Assembly: GCA_020027325.1 (NCBI GenBank)
Contig: JAHRAL010000077.1
Coordinates: 15,102 to 39,101 of the forward strand
DNA length: 24,000 nucleotides
Direction of reading: 5' to 3'
Source of the DNA: Cenarchaeum sp.
Lineage (GTDB): Archaea > Thermoproteota > Nitrososphaeria > Nitrososphaerales > Nitrosopumilaceae
This document shows, one piece after another, positions 7,226-16,151 of the stretch; the stretch's first letter is position 1; every line of letters starts with the position of its first letter. The translations under genes and the position numbers were made by a program. A model generated the notes under the pieces. The model was not told the origin of the DNA. It worked only from the letters and a program-made list of their open reading frames with translations, and made no database searches.

Positions 7226-8348
7226 GCTGCGGCTTTGGCGGCTGTGTCTCGGATCCGATCTCTTTTACCCTGACGTTGAGTTTTTCAAGGAGCGTCCTGT
7301 TGAGCTCGCCGCCGTACATGTCGACCCTGGCAGCAATGGCGGCCTTGGACGCTATGGCCCGCGCCATCTTGCCCCGCTGCCAGCGCGGCGCAACGTGGAC
7401 GAGCTGGTGCTGAAAGAGCATGCCGTGCTTTGGCGGCCGCGCACCGGTCTTTAGCGCGCGAAAGAGCGCCTTTTCTGCGCCCAGCACCTGTATGCTGCTT
7501 GCCGGCATCTTTGCGAGGCGCATCAGGCTTCCTGCGCGCGATATTATCCGTGCGCCGATCAGCGTTCCAAGTATTACAGACAGGTTTGGTGCAGTTGCGT
7601 TCATCTCGCGTGTAATGTGTGAGTCAAGCTCGCGGCGCTGCTCTGCCAGCTCTGTTATGTGGCCTGCAATCTTTTGCACCATTGCAAGGTTTTCATCGGT
7701 AATGTCCCCGCCACGGCTCTTGGATACAAGGAGGGTGACCATCTCGGCCGACGATCCGTCCACCCCCAGAGCGGACAACGACTCGGCAGAGATGTCGGCG
7801 CGCCTTCCAATGTGCGCAATTTTGGCATACACGGTAATGCTGTCGATAATGTTTTCAAGCTCGGGAAAGTGGAGGCCGTACCACTCCCGGAGGCGCGAGT
7901 TGTATGCGTTGATCGTCTTGTCAATCTCGTCTATTGTGCGAATCGCCTGTATGATGTGCATGTCCGGGCTCTGCGAGATCTCTGTCACCTTTGCAGACGA
8001 GAGCCCGATTGCAAACTCGCGCAGCTTTGCGACCGCATCGTCATAGTCTGATGCAAATCCCGCGCCGACCAGAACGTTTGGCTTGTCGGACTGGATTTTT
8101 GCAATCTCTTCCTCGCCGGCAAGCTGCGCCTCAATCGACCTTGAGCGCAGCGCATCCAAGAGTGCGGCATCATTTACCACGACCCCGGTGTCAAGTGAGC
8201 CGGCATACTCTACAAGGCCGTCAAGATCTCCGGCGCCCTGCTTTATTGCCATGTATGCAGCAGCCGCGTCACCAAACGGGAACGTCTTGAGGCAATTGCC
8301 GCCCTCAAATACTGCGATTCCAAGCTCGGTCAACATAACTGACTGCAT
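7116..8348 (-). CDS. nop5: Nop56/58 (Nop5) box C/D sRNP core protein
   Basis: The NOP domain 'REWYGLHFPEL...', 'APNLSVILGTLIGARIISRAGSL..LAKMPASSIQVLGAEKALFRALKTG...PKHG' is characteristic. It has an Arg/Lys-rich C-terminal tail. Confidence 0.9.
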   Translation of the reverse strand: MQSVMLTELGIAVFEGGNCLKTFPFGDAAAAYMAIKQGAGDLDGLVEYAGSLDTGVVVNDAALLDALRSRSIEAQLAGEEEIAKIQSDKPNVLVGAGFASDYDDAVAKLREFAIGLSSAKVTEISQSPDMHIIQAIRTIDEIDKTINAYNSRLREWYGLHFPELENIIDSITVYAKIAHIGRRADISAESLSALGVDGSSAEMVTLLVSKSRGGDITDENLAMVQKIAGHITELAEQRRELDSHITREMNATAPNLSVILGTLIGARIISRAGSLMRLAKMPASSIQVLGAEKALFRALKTGARPPKHGMLFQHQLVHVAPRWQRGKMARAIASKAAIAARVDMYGGELNRTLLEKLNVRVKEIGSETQPPKPQRAPQERDNARSRPRREGGRHKKPQRRFDKRSKIRTR

Positions 8349-8372
8349 TGCAGATTCTGCGCCGCCGCTCTG

Positions 8373-8380
8373 TTAAAAAT
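8373..8380 (-). promoter_or_regulatory. TATA-like box for nop5
   Basis: Minus-strand ATTTTTAA, about 29 nt upstream of ATG 8348. Confidence 0.4.
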
Positions 8381-8453
8381 GCTAGCGAGCCGACCCGGGG
8401 GTGCACAAGCTGCGCCTCCCCTGCGCCGCGCATTTTGGGAGAATGCCGCCAAC

Positions 8454-8461
8454 TATTATAT
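8454..8461 (+). promoter_or_regulatory. TATA-like box for pyrD
   Basis: TATTATAT, centred about 30 nt upstream of ATG 8487. It is too close to the alternative ATG at 8466. Confidence 0.4.
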
Positions 8462-8486
8462 CGCAATGGTTGCGTATTGGCCACCG

Positions 8487-9398
8487 ATGCCCGTACCTCT
8501 GAGCACAAACGTCGGCCCGCTAGAGCTGGAATCACCCACGATGCTAGCCTCCGGAATACTCGGAATCTCGACTGAGGTCTTTGGGCGCATACTCGGCGAG
8601 GGTGCCGGCGCAGTTGTCACAAAGTCGCTCAGCACGGAACCGTGGGAGGGGTATGCAAACCCGACTGTGATCGGCGCCGATAACGGCGGCATGCTCAATG
8701 CAGTCGGGCTCTCAAACCCCGGCGCAGCAGAGTTTGCAAGCATGCTCAAAAAATCGCCAGACGTCCCAGTCATAGTCAGCCTCGTCGGCTCAGCCGAGCC
8801 GGACTTTGAGGCGATGGTCTCAGAGTTCAAGGACTGCAACGTGATAGGGTATGAGCTCAACCTGTCGTGTCCGCACGTGGCAAAGGTCGGCCTCGAGGTC
8901 GGCGACGATGTGGAGCTGGTCGGCCGCATAGTCGGCGCAGTAAAGCGCGCAACGCCGAGTCCCGTTATGGCAAAGGTCGGGCTTGGAAGCGCCAACTATA
9001 TGGACACCGTAACGGCGGCAGTCGATGCGGGTGCGGACGCCATAACGGCGATAAACACGATACGCGCAATGGCCATAGACGCAGACACGGCAGTGCCCGT
9101 ACTTTCCAACAAGTTTGGCGGGCTGTCCGGCGCGCCGATAAAGCCGATAGCACTCAGGTGCGTCTACGAGATAGCCGAGCGCGGCGGGATTCCGATAATA
9201 GGCTGCGGCGGAATCTCCACGTGGAGGGACGCAGTAGAGTTCATCCTTGCAGGTGCGTCTGCGGTCCAGATCGGAAGCGCGCTGTCAGGCGGGCGCACCG
9301 GCGTGTTTTCACAGGTAAACGCGGGGATTGGCAGATACATGGAGCAAAAGGGGCACTCGGCAATATCTGGGATGGTGGGTCTTGCAGCAAAATCCTAA
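8487..9398 (+). CDS. pyrD: Dihydroorotate dehydrogenase, catalytic subunit (class 1B type)
   Basis: 'L.SPTMLASGILG', 'NAVGLSNPG', 'YELNLSCPH', 'GGLSGAPIKPIALR' and 'IIGCGGI' are DHODH motifs. It is paired with pyrK. The start at 8487 was chosen over 8379/8466 from the TATA position. Confidence 0.88.
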   Translation: MPVPLSTNVGPLELESPTMLASGILGISTEVFGRILGEGAGAVVTKSLSTEPWEGYANPTVIGADNGGMLNAVGLSNPGAAEFASMLKKSPDVPVIVSLVGSAEPDFEAMVSEFKDCNVIGYELNLSCPHVAKVGLEVGDDVELVGRIVGAVKRATPSPVMAKVGLGSANYMDTVTAAVDAGADAITAINTIRAMAIDADTAVPVLSNKFGGLSGAPIKPIALRCVYEIAERGGIPIIGCGGISTWRDAVEFILAGASAVQIGSALSGGRTGVFSQVNAGIGRYMEQKGHSAISGMVGLAAKS

Positions 9399-9399
9399 C

Positions 9400-10191
9400 G
9401 TGCCTTCTGTGCGCACGGTACTCTCCGTGACAGACGAGACGCCGACTGTGCGCACGCTCGAGTTTGCCGACGACATCCTTGCCTCGTCGCGTCCGGGCCA
9501 GTTTGCAATGGTCTGGGTTCCGCGCATCGGCGAGCTTCCAATGAGCGTCATGGTGTCCGAGACTCGCGGCAATGCGGCATTTACCGTAAGGGTTCATGGT
9601 GCAACGTCGACCGGGCTCTACAACACGCCGGTGGGCGGCGCGATAGGAGTCAGGGGCCCGTATGGAAATTCGTTTGATATCCGCAGGGGCCGCGCCCTGC
9701 TTGTTGGCGGGGGGACCGGCCTGGTCCCGCTCATGCGGCTCATCTCACAGGCGCCAGACGATCTAGAGATCACGCTGCTCATGGGGGCAAGGACAAGCGA
9801 CGAGGTCTTTTTCGGGCAACGTGCGGCCAGGATGCGCCCAGACAGGCTCGACGTTGTTGTGACGACTGATGACGGCACCCTGGGCGTTGCAGGAAACGTT
9901 GCAGACGAGGCGGCGCGGCGTCTTGGGGACGGCGGGTTTGATGCGGTCTATACGTGCGGGCCTGAGCTGATGATGAGGCGCGTCGTCGATGAGGCGCGCA
10001 GCCGCGGCGTCTTTGTGCAGGCAAGCATAGAGCGGGTCATGAAGTGCGGCCTAGGCATATGCGGCAGCTGCTGCATGGACTCACATCTCGTATGCACAGA
10101 CGGCACCGTCTTTGATGGCGATCACCTGGCCAAAAGCGGCGATTTTGGGTACGCATACAGGTCAAAATCAGGCAAAAGCACGCCTTACTAG
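9400..10191 (+). CDS. pyrK: Dihydroorotate dehydrogenase electron-transfer subunit (FAD/2Fe-2S)
   Basis: It has a ferredoxin-reductase-like fold ('RPGQFAMVWVP', 'LLVGGGTGLVPL') and a C-terminal Cys cluster 'CGLGICGSCC...C'. GTG 9400 directly follows the pyrD stop (9396-9398). The alternative ATG 9328 would overlap pyrD by 71 nt. Confidence 0.85.
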   Translation: MPSVRTVLSVTDETPTVRTLEFADDILASSRPGQFAMVWVPRIGELPMSVMVSETRGNAAFTVRVHGATSTGLYNTPVGGAIGVRGPYGNSFDIRRGRALLVGGGTGLVPLMRLISQAPDDLEITLLMGARTSDEVFFGQRAARMRPDRLDVVVTTDDGTLGVAGNVADEAARRLGDGGFDAVYTCGPELMMRRVVDEARSRGVFVQASIERVMKCGLGICGSCCMDSHLVCTDGTVFDGDHLAKSGDFGYAYRSKSGKSTPY

Positions 10192-10383
10192 ACACAGGCG
10201 CGGTTCGATATGCGTACTGGCGGATTTCGCGGTAATTTTGGCTGATATAGACGGCATAATGACAGTAATCGTAGTAATTATCCATATTATCAACTGAATA
10301 CAATATGTAATTGGCATTTTACATCATCAGACCCCCGCAAGATTTAAAACGATTCTTGGCTCGCGTGCTGTGCGATAACTGGA

Positions 10384-12111
10384 ATGAGCCATCCCAAAAT
10401 AGTCCTGACTGCGGACCGAACGCTCATGTCTCCCTATAGAAATATCTCGCTTGCAACGTTTTTTGGCTGTGCGCCGGCGCTGGACCCGCACAGGGACAAG
10501 GGCAGTTTCTGGTACAAGGTGCTAGGCAACCAGGTGACGCCCCGGATCCTCTTTGACTTTATCTGCAATCCCATAGCAAACACAAACGGCGTGGCAGACT
10601 TTGCGCCGTACGGGCTGCGCAAGGTCGAGGCCGGCCTCCTCAAGGACGGGTTTGCCCGCGAGGACGTCGTGGTCGCACACCCAGACCACGTTGACAAGTT
10701 CATTGGACCCGAGACCGAAGTCGTCGGCACGTACGAGATGGATCCGCTTGGAATGGGTCCGGTGACGATGACCTTTACGTACGGGCGCAAGCAGACCTCG
10801 TATGACGAGTTCTACTGCAGCGAGCTCCACAAAAAGATAAACGATGCAAAGAAAAAGAACGGCAGCAACGCCAAGGTCATTGCAGGCGCGTCCGGCACGT
10901 GGCAGTACAACTATGACCCAGAAAAGATCAAAGAGTTTGGCCTCTATGCGATATTGGAGGGCGAGCTTGGCGGGATAGCCCCCGAGATCGACGGCAATGC
11001 CGGCCTATTCTTTAACGGCCTCATAGACGGCAAGTTTGAAAACATGGATCCGTTCAAAAAGCAGGATCGCTTCAAGGTCAACATCAAGGAGTTTGAACGC
11101 AACCAAAAAAAGATCCACGGCAGGTTTGTCAGCTTTTGGGACAGGCCCGAGATAGAAGACATCCCCGACATTGTCGAGCCGAGCATGCACGGCATGATCG
11201 AAGTCATGCGCGGGTGCGGGCGCGGGTGCAAGTTCTGCGACGTCACGCTGCGCTCGCTGCGCTATTATCCGCCAGAAAAGGTGGCGCGAGAGATCGAGGT
11301 CAACATAAAAAAGGGCGGGATGCGCACGGCGTGGGTCCACAGCGACGACATATTCGTCTACGGGATGGATCCCAGGACGACAAAGGACATGGCGCCAAAC
11401 CGTGAGGCACTCGAGGAGCTCTTTACTGCCATAATGGCCACCGGCGTGGAGCACACAAACCCCACCCACGGCACGCTGGCCGGCGCCATAGCCGACGAGA
11501 GGCTCCTCCCAAACCTCTCGAGGATAATCAACGCATCAGCGTCCAACCTCATCGGCGTCCAGTGCGGCCTAGAGACTGGCAGCGTGCGCCTGATTGAAAA
11601 GTATGCAGACCGCAAGCTTGCCCCCTATGCGCCCTCGGAATGGCACTGGGTCGTAAAAGAGTCCGTAAAGACGCTAAACGAAAACTATTGGATTCCCGCA
11701 TTCACGCTAATCATGGGGCTTGACAACGACGAGACCCCCGAGGACTCGTGGGAGACCATACGCCTCCTATCCGAGCTGGAGCAAGAGCAGCCCGACTCGA
11801 TGTTTACTGCCACGCCGCTTACGTTTGTGCCGATTGGCCTGCTCGAAAAGTCCGAGTTCTTCAACATCGGCAACGAGGTAAGCCCGGTGCAGCTCGGCGT
11901 CATGTACAAGACGTGGCAGCACAACTTCAAGTATGGCATCCAAAAGTTCATGACAAAGACCGGCGGCGGAAACGTCTTCAAAAAGCTACTCTTTAACGGG
12001 ATTGCGCGCTCGCTTGGAAACACGCCGCTCAAGGCAATGGAGGCGTACTCGCGCCGCAAGAGCCGCGAGCACGAGCGCGTCATTGAAAAGATAATCGCAA
12101 ACTACCGCTAG
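10384..12111 (+). CDS. Radical SAM enzyme, large (575 aa) with N-terminal B12-binding-like/Rossmann-like domain
   Basis: The CxxxCxxC motif is 'RGCGRGCKFCDV'. The N-terminus 'KIVLTADRTLMSPY' is typical of class-B-like rSAM N-domains. The substrate cannot be read from the sequence. Confidence 0.85.
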   Translation: MSHPKIVLTADRTLMSPYRNISLATFFGCAPALDPHRDKGSFWYKVLGNQVTPRILFDFICNPIANTNGVADFAPYGLRKVEAGLLKDGFAREDVVVAHPDHVDKFIGPETEVVGTYEMDPLGMGPVTMTFTYGRKQTSYDEFYCSELHKKINDAKKKNGSNAKVIAGASGTWQYNYDPEKIKEFGLYAILEGELGGIAPEIDGNAGLFFNGLIDGKFENMDPFKKQDRFKVNIKEFERNQKKIHGRFVSFWDRPEIEDIPDIVEPSMHGMIEVMRGCGRGCKFCDVTLRSLRYYPPEKVAREIEVNIKKGGMRTAWVHSDDIFVYGMDPRTTKDMAPNREALEELFTAIMATGVEHTNPTHGTLAGAIADERLLPNLSRIINASASNLIGVQCGLETGSVRLIEKYADRKLAPYAPSEWHWVVKESVKTLNENYWIPAFTLIMGLDNDETPEDSWETIRLLSELEQEQPDSMFTATPLTFVPIGLLEKSEFFNIGNEVSPVQLGVMYKTWQHNFKYGIQKFMTKTGGGNVFKKLLFNGIARSLGNTPLKAMEAYSRRKSREHERVIEKIIANYR

Positions 12112-14042
12112 CCGGTGCCGCGCTTTTCGCGTATGTTTCCAAGCCGGGTGACATCGCTTGGCACGTACATGTCCACGAGCCAGTCTATTGCGACCCTGAT
12201 CCGCTTTTCAACGCTTGGAAGGCGCGAGAGGTAATAGTTGCGCCACAGTATCCACGCAAGGATTCCTGTCAGCTTTATCCCAAAGATCTGCGCCACGCCG
12301 TTGCGGCCCCCGATGGCGGCCATCGAGCCGACAGACGAGTACTCAAACGGCCTTGGCGCGGCCTGCCGCTTGGCCGATGCGGTGATGTTGTATGCGGCAA
12401 CCTTGGCCTGGCGTATTGCGTTTTGCGCCGTCGGCGGGTACGGCCTGCCGGTCTTTTTGTCAATCAGGTGCGCACAGTCGCCAAGCGCATAGACGTCCTT
12501 GTGCCCCCGGAGGTGGAGGAACTCGTCGACTGCAATCCTGTCGCCGGGGCCGTGCTCTGCATCCAGCGCTGCGACTACCGGCGAGGCAAGCACGCCTCCG
12601 GCCCAGACCGTCGTCATTGCAGGTATCACCGTCCCGTCTTGCAGCGTGGCCGAGTCGCGGCCCACTGACTCGAGCTTTGTCTTTGTCAGTATCTCGATTC
12701 CGCGGCGGCGCATCGTGCGCTCTGCATATGCGCCTAGCTCGCCGATCTCGGGGAGTATGCCGTCAATGGCAGAGACCAGTATCACGCGTATGCCAGAGGG
12801 CTCGATGTTGCGGTAATAGCGCTGCGCGGACTCTGTTACAAACTCGTGTATTGCGCCGGCAGTCTCTACCCCGGAAAAGCCCCCGCCGACTATGAGAAAC
12901 GTCGTCATCGACGACTGGAGCTCGATGTCCTCTTCCTGGTCGGCGCTCTCTAGCATTGATATTATCCGGTTGCGCAGCGCCAGTGCGTCCTCTAGCGTCT
13001 TTATCGTCATTGCATTATCCTCGATGCTCTTGTTTCCGCGATAGTTTGTCCGGCCCCCGAGTGCCAGCACCAGATAGTCATAGTCCATCTCCCTGCTCCG
13101 CCCGTCCATTACATGGCTTATCGAGACGCGGCGGTTCTCCAGGTCTATGGACTCGACGCTTGCATGGTAGTACCTTGCGCGGCGGCAGAACGTCCTTATC
13201 GGCGTCGATATGTGCCTTGGCTCGACGTGCCCCGTTGCCATCTCTGCTAGCAGCGGCGTGCTCAGAAAATAATTGTCCTCGCTTACGATCGATATTCCGA
13301 CATCGGCTGCGTCCTCGAACTCTTTTTGGAGCCGCCTCAGGACTCCGACGCCGGCATACCCGCCGCCGAGTATGAGTATGCGCCGGAGGGACGCCGAGCC
13401 GCCCTTGTGTATGTGCGAGACGTGTGCTGTGTATGTGCTCCGCTTTGAGAACTCGATGTCGCACCTGTGGCAGCGATAGTTTGCCCCAAAGCTGCGGGTC
13501 AAAAGCGATGCGATGATGCCGACGCTGGTACCCCATATCACGTGCGCCACGGCCATGCTCACTAGTGGCAGGCCCGATCCGTCAGGACCCATCTCGGGCA
13601 TGGCAAGATCAAGCCTCTGCGCTGCCGGTGCGATTACAATGCTAGAGACCGGTATTGCAAAGACTACCAGGACCACCAGGCCGACGGCGACCCCGTATCC
13701 AAACCCCACGTGGATGTGCGAAAAGTTGATCCCAAATGCCTTGTAGAGTATGACTCCGGCGGCTATTCCGATGCACGTGGCCACGCCGATGTGGAGTGCG
13801 AATCCCACGCCAAGTATGTCAGAGCCGAGGATCTGTGCCATGACAAGAAGCGTAGTCTGGTATGCAGACCCGCCGGCTGCATCGTCGTATATGAGCGACG
13901 CATGCATGAACATGGCGCCGGCAAGCGAGCCGAGGACGACGAATGCGACTTCGCGGCGCAGCGAATAGTTGACCCGCGGCGTATCGAGTGTCTGGCGCAC
14001 AGTCGGCGCAGTCGAGCCCGTGGCATCCTTGCTTTTTGCCAT
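12108..14042 (-). CDS. Fusion protein: N-terminal polytopic membrane domain + C2H2 zinc-finger motif + type II NADH dehydrogenase (NDH-2)-like flavoprotein
   Basis: There are 4-5 hydrophobic segments in the first ~190 aa. 'YRCHRCDIEFSKRSTYTAHVSHIH' follows. The two dinucleotide folds are 'ILILGGGYAGVG' and 'FLIVGGGFSGVE', followed by 'ALGDCA' and a C-terminal hydrophobic segment 'LTGILAWILW'. ATG 14042 is preferred over TTG 14057 because of the TATA box at 14065-14071. Confidence 0.8.
   Translation of the reverse strand: MAKSKDATGSTAPTVRQTLDTPRVNYSLRREVAFVVLGSLAGAMFMHASLIYDDAAGGSAYQTTLLVMAQILGSDILGVGFALHIGVATCIGIAAGVILYKAFGINFSHIHVGFGYGVAVGLVVLVVFAIPVSSIVIAPAAQRLDLAMPEMGPDGSGLPLVSMAVAHVIWGTSVGIIASLLTRSFGANYRCHRCDIEFSKRSTYTAHVSHIHKGGSASLRRILILGGGYAGVGVLRRLQKEFEDAADVGISIVSEDNYFLSTPLLAEMATGHVEPRHISTPIRTFCRRARYYHASVESIDLENRRVSISHVMDGRSREMDYDYLVLALGGRTNYRGNKSIEDNAMTIKTLEDALALRNRIISMLESADQEEDIELQSSMTTFLIVGGGFSGVETAGAIHEFVTESAQRYYRNIEPSGIRVILVSAIDGILPEIGELGAYAERTMRRRGIEILTKTKLESVGRDSATLQDGTVIPAMTTVWAGGVLASPVVAALDAEHGPGDRIAVDEFLHLRGHKDVYALGDCAHLIDKKTGRPYPPTAQNAIRQAKVAAYNITASAKRQAAPRPFEYSSVGSMAAIGGRNGVAQIFGIKLTGILAWILWRNYYLSRLPSVEKRIRVAIDWLVDMYVPSDVTRLGNIREKRGTG
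13407..13478 (-). other. Classical C2H2 zinc-finger motif embedded in the NDH-2 fusion ORF
   Basis: Y-x-C-x2-C-x3-F-x5-Y-x2-H-x4-H is read directly from the translation. No in-frame start codon lies between it and the flavoprotein domain. Confidence 0.6.
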
Positions 14043-14064
14043 GTCCCATGCACGCAACGGGCAG

Positions 14065-14071
14065 TTATTTT
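14065..14071 (-). promoter_or_regulatory. TATA-like box for the NDH-2 fusion gene
   Basis: Minus-strand AAAATAA, about 26 nt upstream of ATG 14042. Confidence 0.4.
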
Positions 14072-14102
14072 GGTGCTAGGGTTGGGCAATTGCTCAATAG
14101 CG

Positions 14103-14111
14103 TTAAATTTA
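14103..14111 (+). promoter_or_regulatory. TATA-like box for the 14137 gene
   Basis: TTAAATTTA, about 30 nt upstream of ATG 14137. Confidence 0.4.
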
Positions 14112-14136
14112 GACGACATTGCACCCAGGGCCGGAT

Positions 14137-15333
14137 ATGAGCGAGCTAGAAGAGTTTGCCGAGGCGCTCTTGGATCAGATAGCCGTCGAGGTCTCCGAGG
14201 AAAAAGAGATTGCGCGGATTGCAGACGAGATAGCCGGCAACCCCGCGTTTGGAATTACATTCGAGCCGCTCGGCGAGATTGCACGGCGGCTCCTCCCCGA
14301 GATGGCCGGGCGCGCCGAGGAGTTTACGCACATGAGGACGCCCCGGGATCTCGCCGTAAAAATCACAGAGCTGGACGGATTCAAGGCGCTAAAGGCAAAA
14401 AAGGTCTATGCCGAAGGTCCGGGGCGCGCATATGTCGATGACCTCTTTGCCGCGGTGGCAGCAGCAGACGTGCCGGCGATTGCGGCGCTAGCCGAGCGCG
14501 ACATGGCAAAGTTCCTCGTCTACTCTACGTATGCAAAGTCGTACCTGTCCAAGATCTCGACTACATACGGCGACTATATGGACTCGGCAGTACACCTCAA
14601 CTCGTTTGTCCTCTCTAGGTATCCGCAGATAATACTCTACAAGCAGGGTGAGCCGTACGCCGAGCGCTCCGCGCAGGTCAGTGCGGGGTACGTGGGCGCA
14701 CTAAAGATGACGGTGCTAGAAGAGGCGGTGCACTCTATGCAGCCGGCACTCGAGGAGGCAAACCGCAATGCAGTAGTAAGGGTCAACTCGCTAAACGAAG
14801 AGCTGGCAAAGATCATAATCTCGCTAGACGAGTCCACGGTCTCCTCGCTTACCGACTATCTAAAGCTCCAGCAGGTGCCAGAGGACTTCAAGATCGCAAG
14901 CCGTGCAAACCTCTTTTTTATGCTCAATCCGGACAACTTTGTCGCACAGGTCCTGGGGCCGGACGTCATGGTCTATACCAATGTCGAGATTGATCCAAAG
15001 ATACAGGATGCGGTGCCAGAGCTTGCAAGGATATACGGCGAGTGGCTGGCCCCGATACAGACGCACCATGCCGCCTTTACCGTGATGGAGGGCATGGCAG
15101 AGTTTGTAGTAAGGCACGTCCTTGACGGCGATCCGGATTTCGAGATGTACCTGCGGACGTTTATCGGAACCGACATGTCCGCGTACAGGGTCCGCAAGAG
15201 CATCGGGAGGGACTTTGTCGCAGCCGCGTATGAAAAGATGGGCCACGAAGCCTTTGCCAGGATTATGGGGCAGATACCCACGACGCGTGATCTCAAAAAC
15301 CCAGCGGCGTGGATTGGCGCGGCCGGTGCATAG
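14137..15333 (+). CDS. Hypothetical protein (398 aa)
   Basis: A long ORF with host-like composition. ATG 14137 is preferred over TTG 14119 from the TATA spacing. I can assign no secure family. Confidence 0.7.
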   Translation: MSELEEFAEALLDQIAVEVSEEKEIARIADEIAGNPAFGITFEPLGEIARRLLPEMAGRAEEFTHMRTPRDLAVKITELDGFKALKAKKVYAEGPGRAYVDDLFAAVAAADVPAIAALAERDMAKFLVYSTYAKSYLSKISTTYGDYMDSAVHLNSFVLSRYPQIILYKQGEPYAERSAQVSAGYVGALKMTVLEEAVHSMQPALEEANRNAVVRVNSLNEELAKIIISLDESTVSSLTDYLKLQQVPEDFKIASRANLFFMLNPDNFVAQVLGPDVMVYTNVEIDPKIQDAVPELARIYGEWLAPIQTHHAAFTVMEGMAEFVVRHVLDGDPDFEMYLRTFIGTDMSAYRVRKSIGRDFVAAAYEKMGHEAFARIMGQIPTTRDLKNPAAWIGAAGA

Positions 15334-15338
15334 CGGCG

Positions 15339-16151
15339 ATGCCGGGCTTTGATCCGTTTCTTGCAGAGTGGGGGTCAGTAGCCACTGACCCGCGCTACGG
15401 CCTGGTCGAAAAGAGCCTCAAGATGGCACAGCTGCTCGAGTACCCGGATCTCGAGGTCGCAAGATACGTCGCAGAGCTGGCAGGACTCGGCGAGTCATTC
15501 AGGCTCGGCCTGGATGCCGGCCTTGATGCCGCTGCAAAGATCAAGGCGCTGGGATCGTACGTCTTTGGCAAGTGCGGGTTTGCCGGCAACTTTGAGGACC
15601 ACTATGATCCGCGCAACAACTTTCTCAACGACGTGATCGACACCCGTACCGGCATTGCCATAACGATCTCAATGGTGTACGCCGAGATCGGCTGCGGGGC
15701 CGGACTGGAGCTGCGCCTTGTGAGCTTTCCGGGGCGCGTCCTGACAAGGTGCGGCGATCTGGTCATCGACCCGCTGGTGGGCGGCAAGGTCCTCGGGCAG
15801 GACGATCTCGGCGCGCTCTTGGAGGTCAGCGGCCTTCACCGCTCAGAGCTTGCACCAGAGATGCTCCAGGCTGCAAGCGCAGAAAGAATACTAGTCCGCA
15901 TGGCGCGCAACCTAAAGCACTCGTACATGCACTCGTACGCGCACCAAAAGGCGCTGATGTGCGCCCGGATGGCACTGGCACTTGCAAGGGACTCGCCTGA
16001 GGACATACGCGATGCCGGGCTGTTGCGGGCGCGCCTCCAGGATCGCGACGGCGCGCTAGAGGATCTGAACCGGTATTTGGAGATAAACCCAAACGGCGAG
16101 GACGTTGATCACATTATCGAGATGATACGCCAGATCCGATCTAATCAATGA
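15339..16151 (+). CDS. SirB1/YchA-like protein (transglutaminase-like core + C-terminal TPR)
   Basis: 'YDPRNNFLNDVIDTRTGIAITISMVYAEIG...L..VSFPGRVL' and the C-terminal 'PEDIRDAGLLRARLQDRDGALEDLNRYLEINPNGED' match the UPF0162/SirB1 architecture as I recall E. coli YchA. The start at 15339 lies 6 nt after the upstream stop. Confidence 0.78.
   Translation: MPGFDPFLAEWGSVATDPRYGLVEKSLKMAQLLEYPDLEVARYVAELAGLGESFRLGLDAGLDAAAKIKALGSYVFGKCGFAGNFEDHYDPRNNFLNDVIDTRTGIAITISMVYAEIGCGAGLELRLVSFPGRVLTRCGDLVIDPLVGGKVLGQDDLGALLEVSGLHRSELAPEMLQAASAERILVRMARNLKHSYMHSYAHQKALMCARMALALARDSPEDIRDAGLLRARLQDRDGALEDLNRYLEINPNGEDVDHIIEMIRQIRSNQ

Noticed and set aside
10321-10330. Minus-strand CTGATGATG resembling a box C (RUGAUGA) of a C/D sRNA in the pyrK to rSAM spacer; similar weak matches occur near 3071.
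   Set aside because: There is no properly spaced D box (CUGA) or C'/D' set and no terminal stem downstream, so the match is isolated.
14137-15333. Possible MA-clan metallopeptidase signature ('LEEAVHSM' as a degenerate HExxH, and 'MEGMAEF' as an EGxAE-like third-ligand motif).
   Set aside because: The first His is replaced by Glu and the two elements are about 130 aa apart. I cannot support a peptidase call without a profile search.
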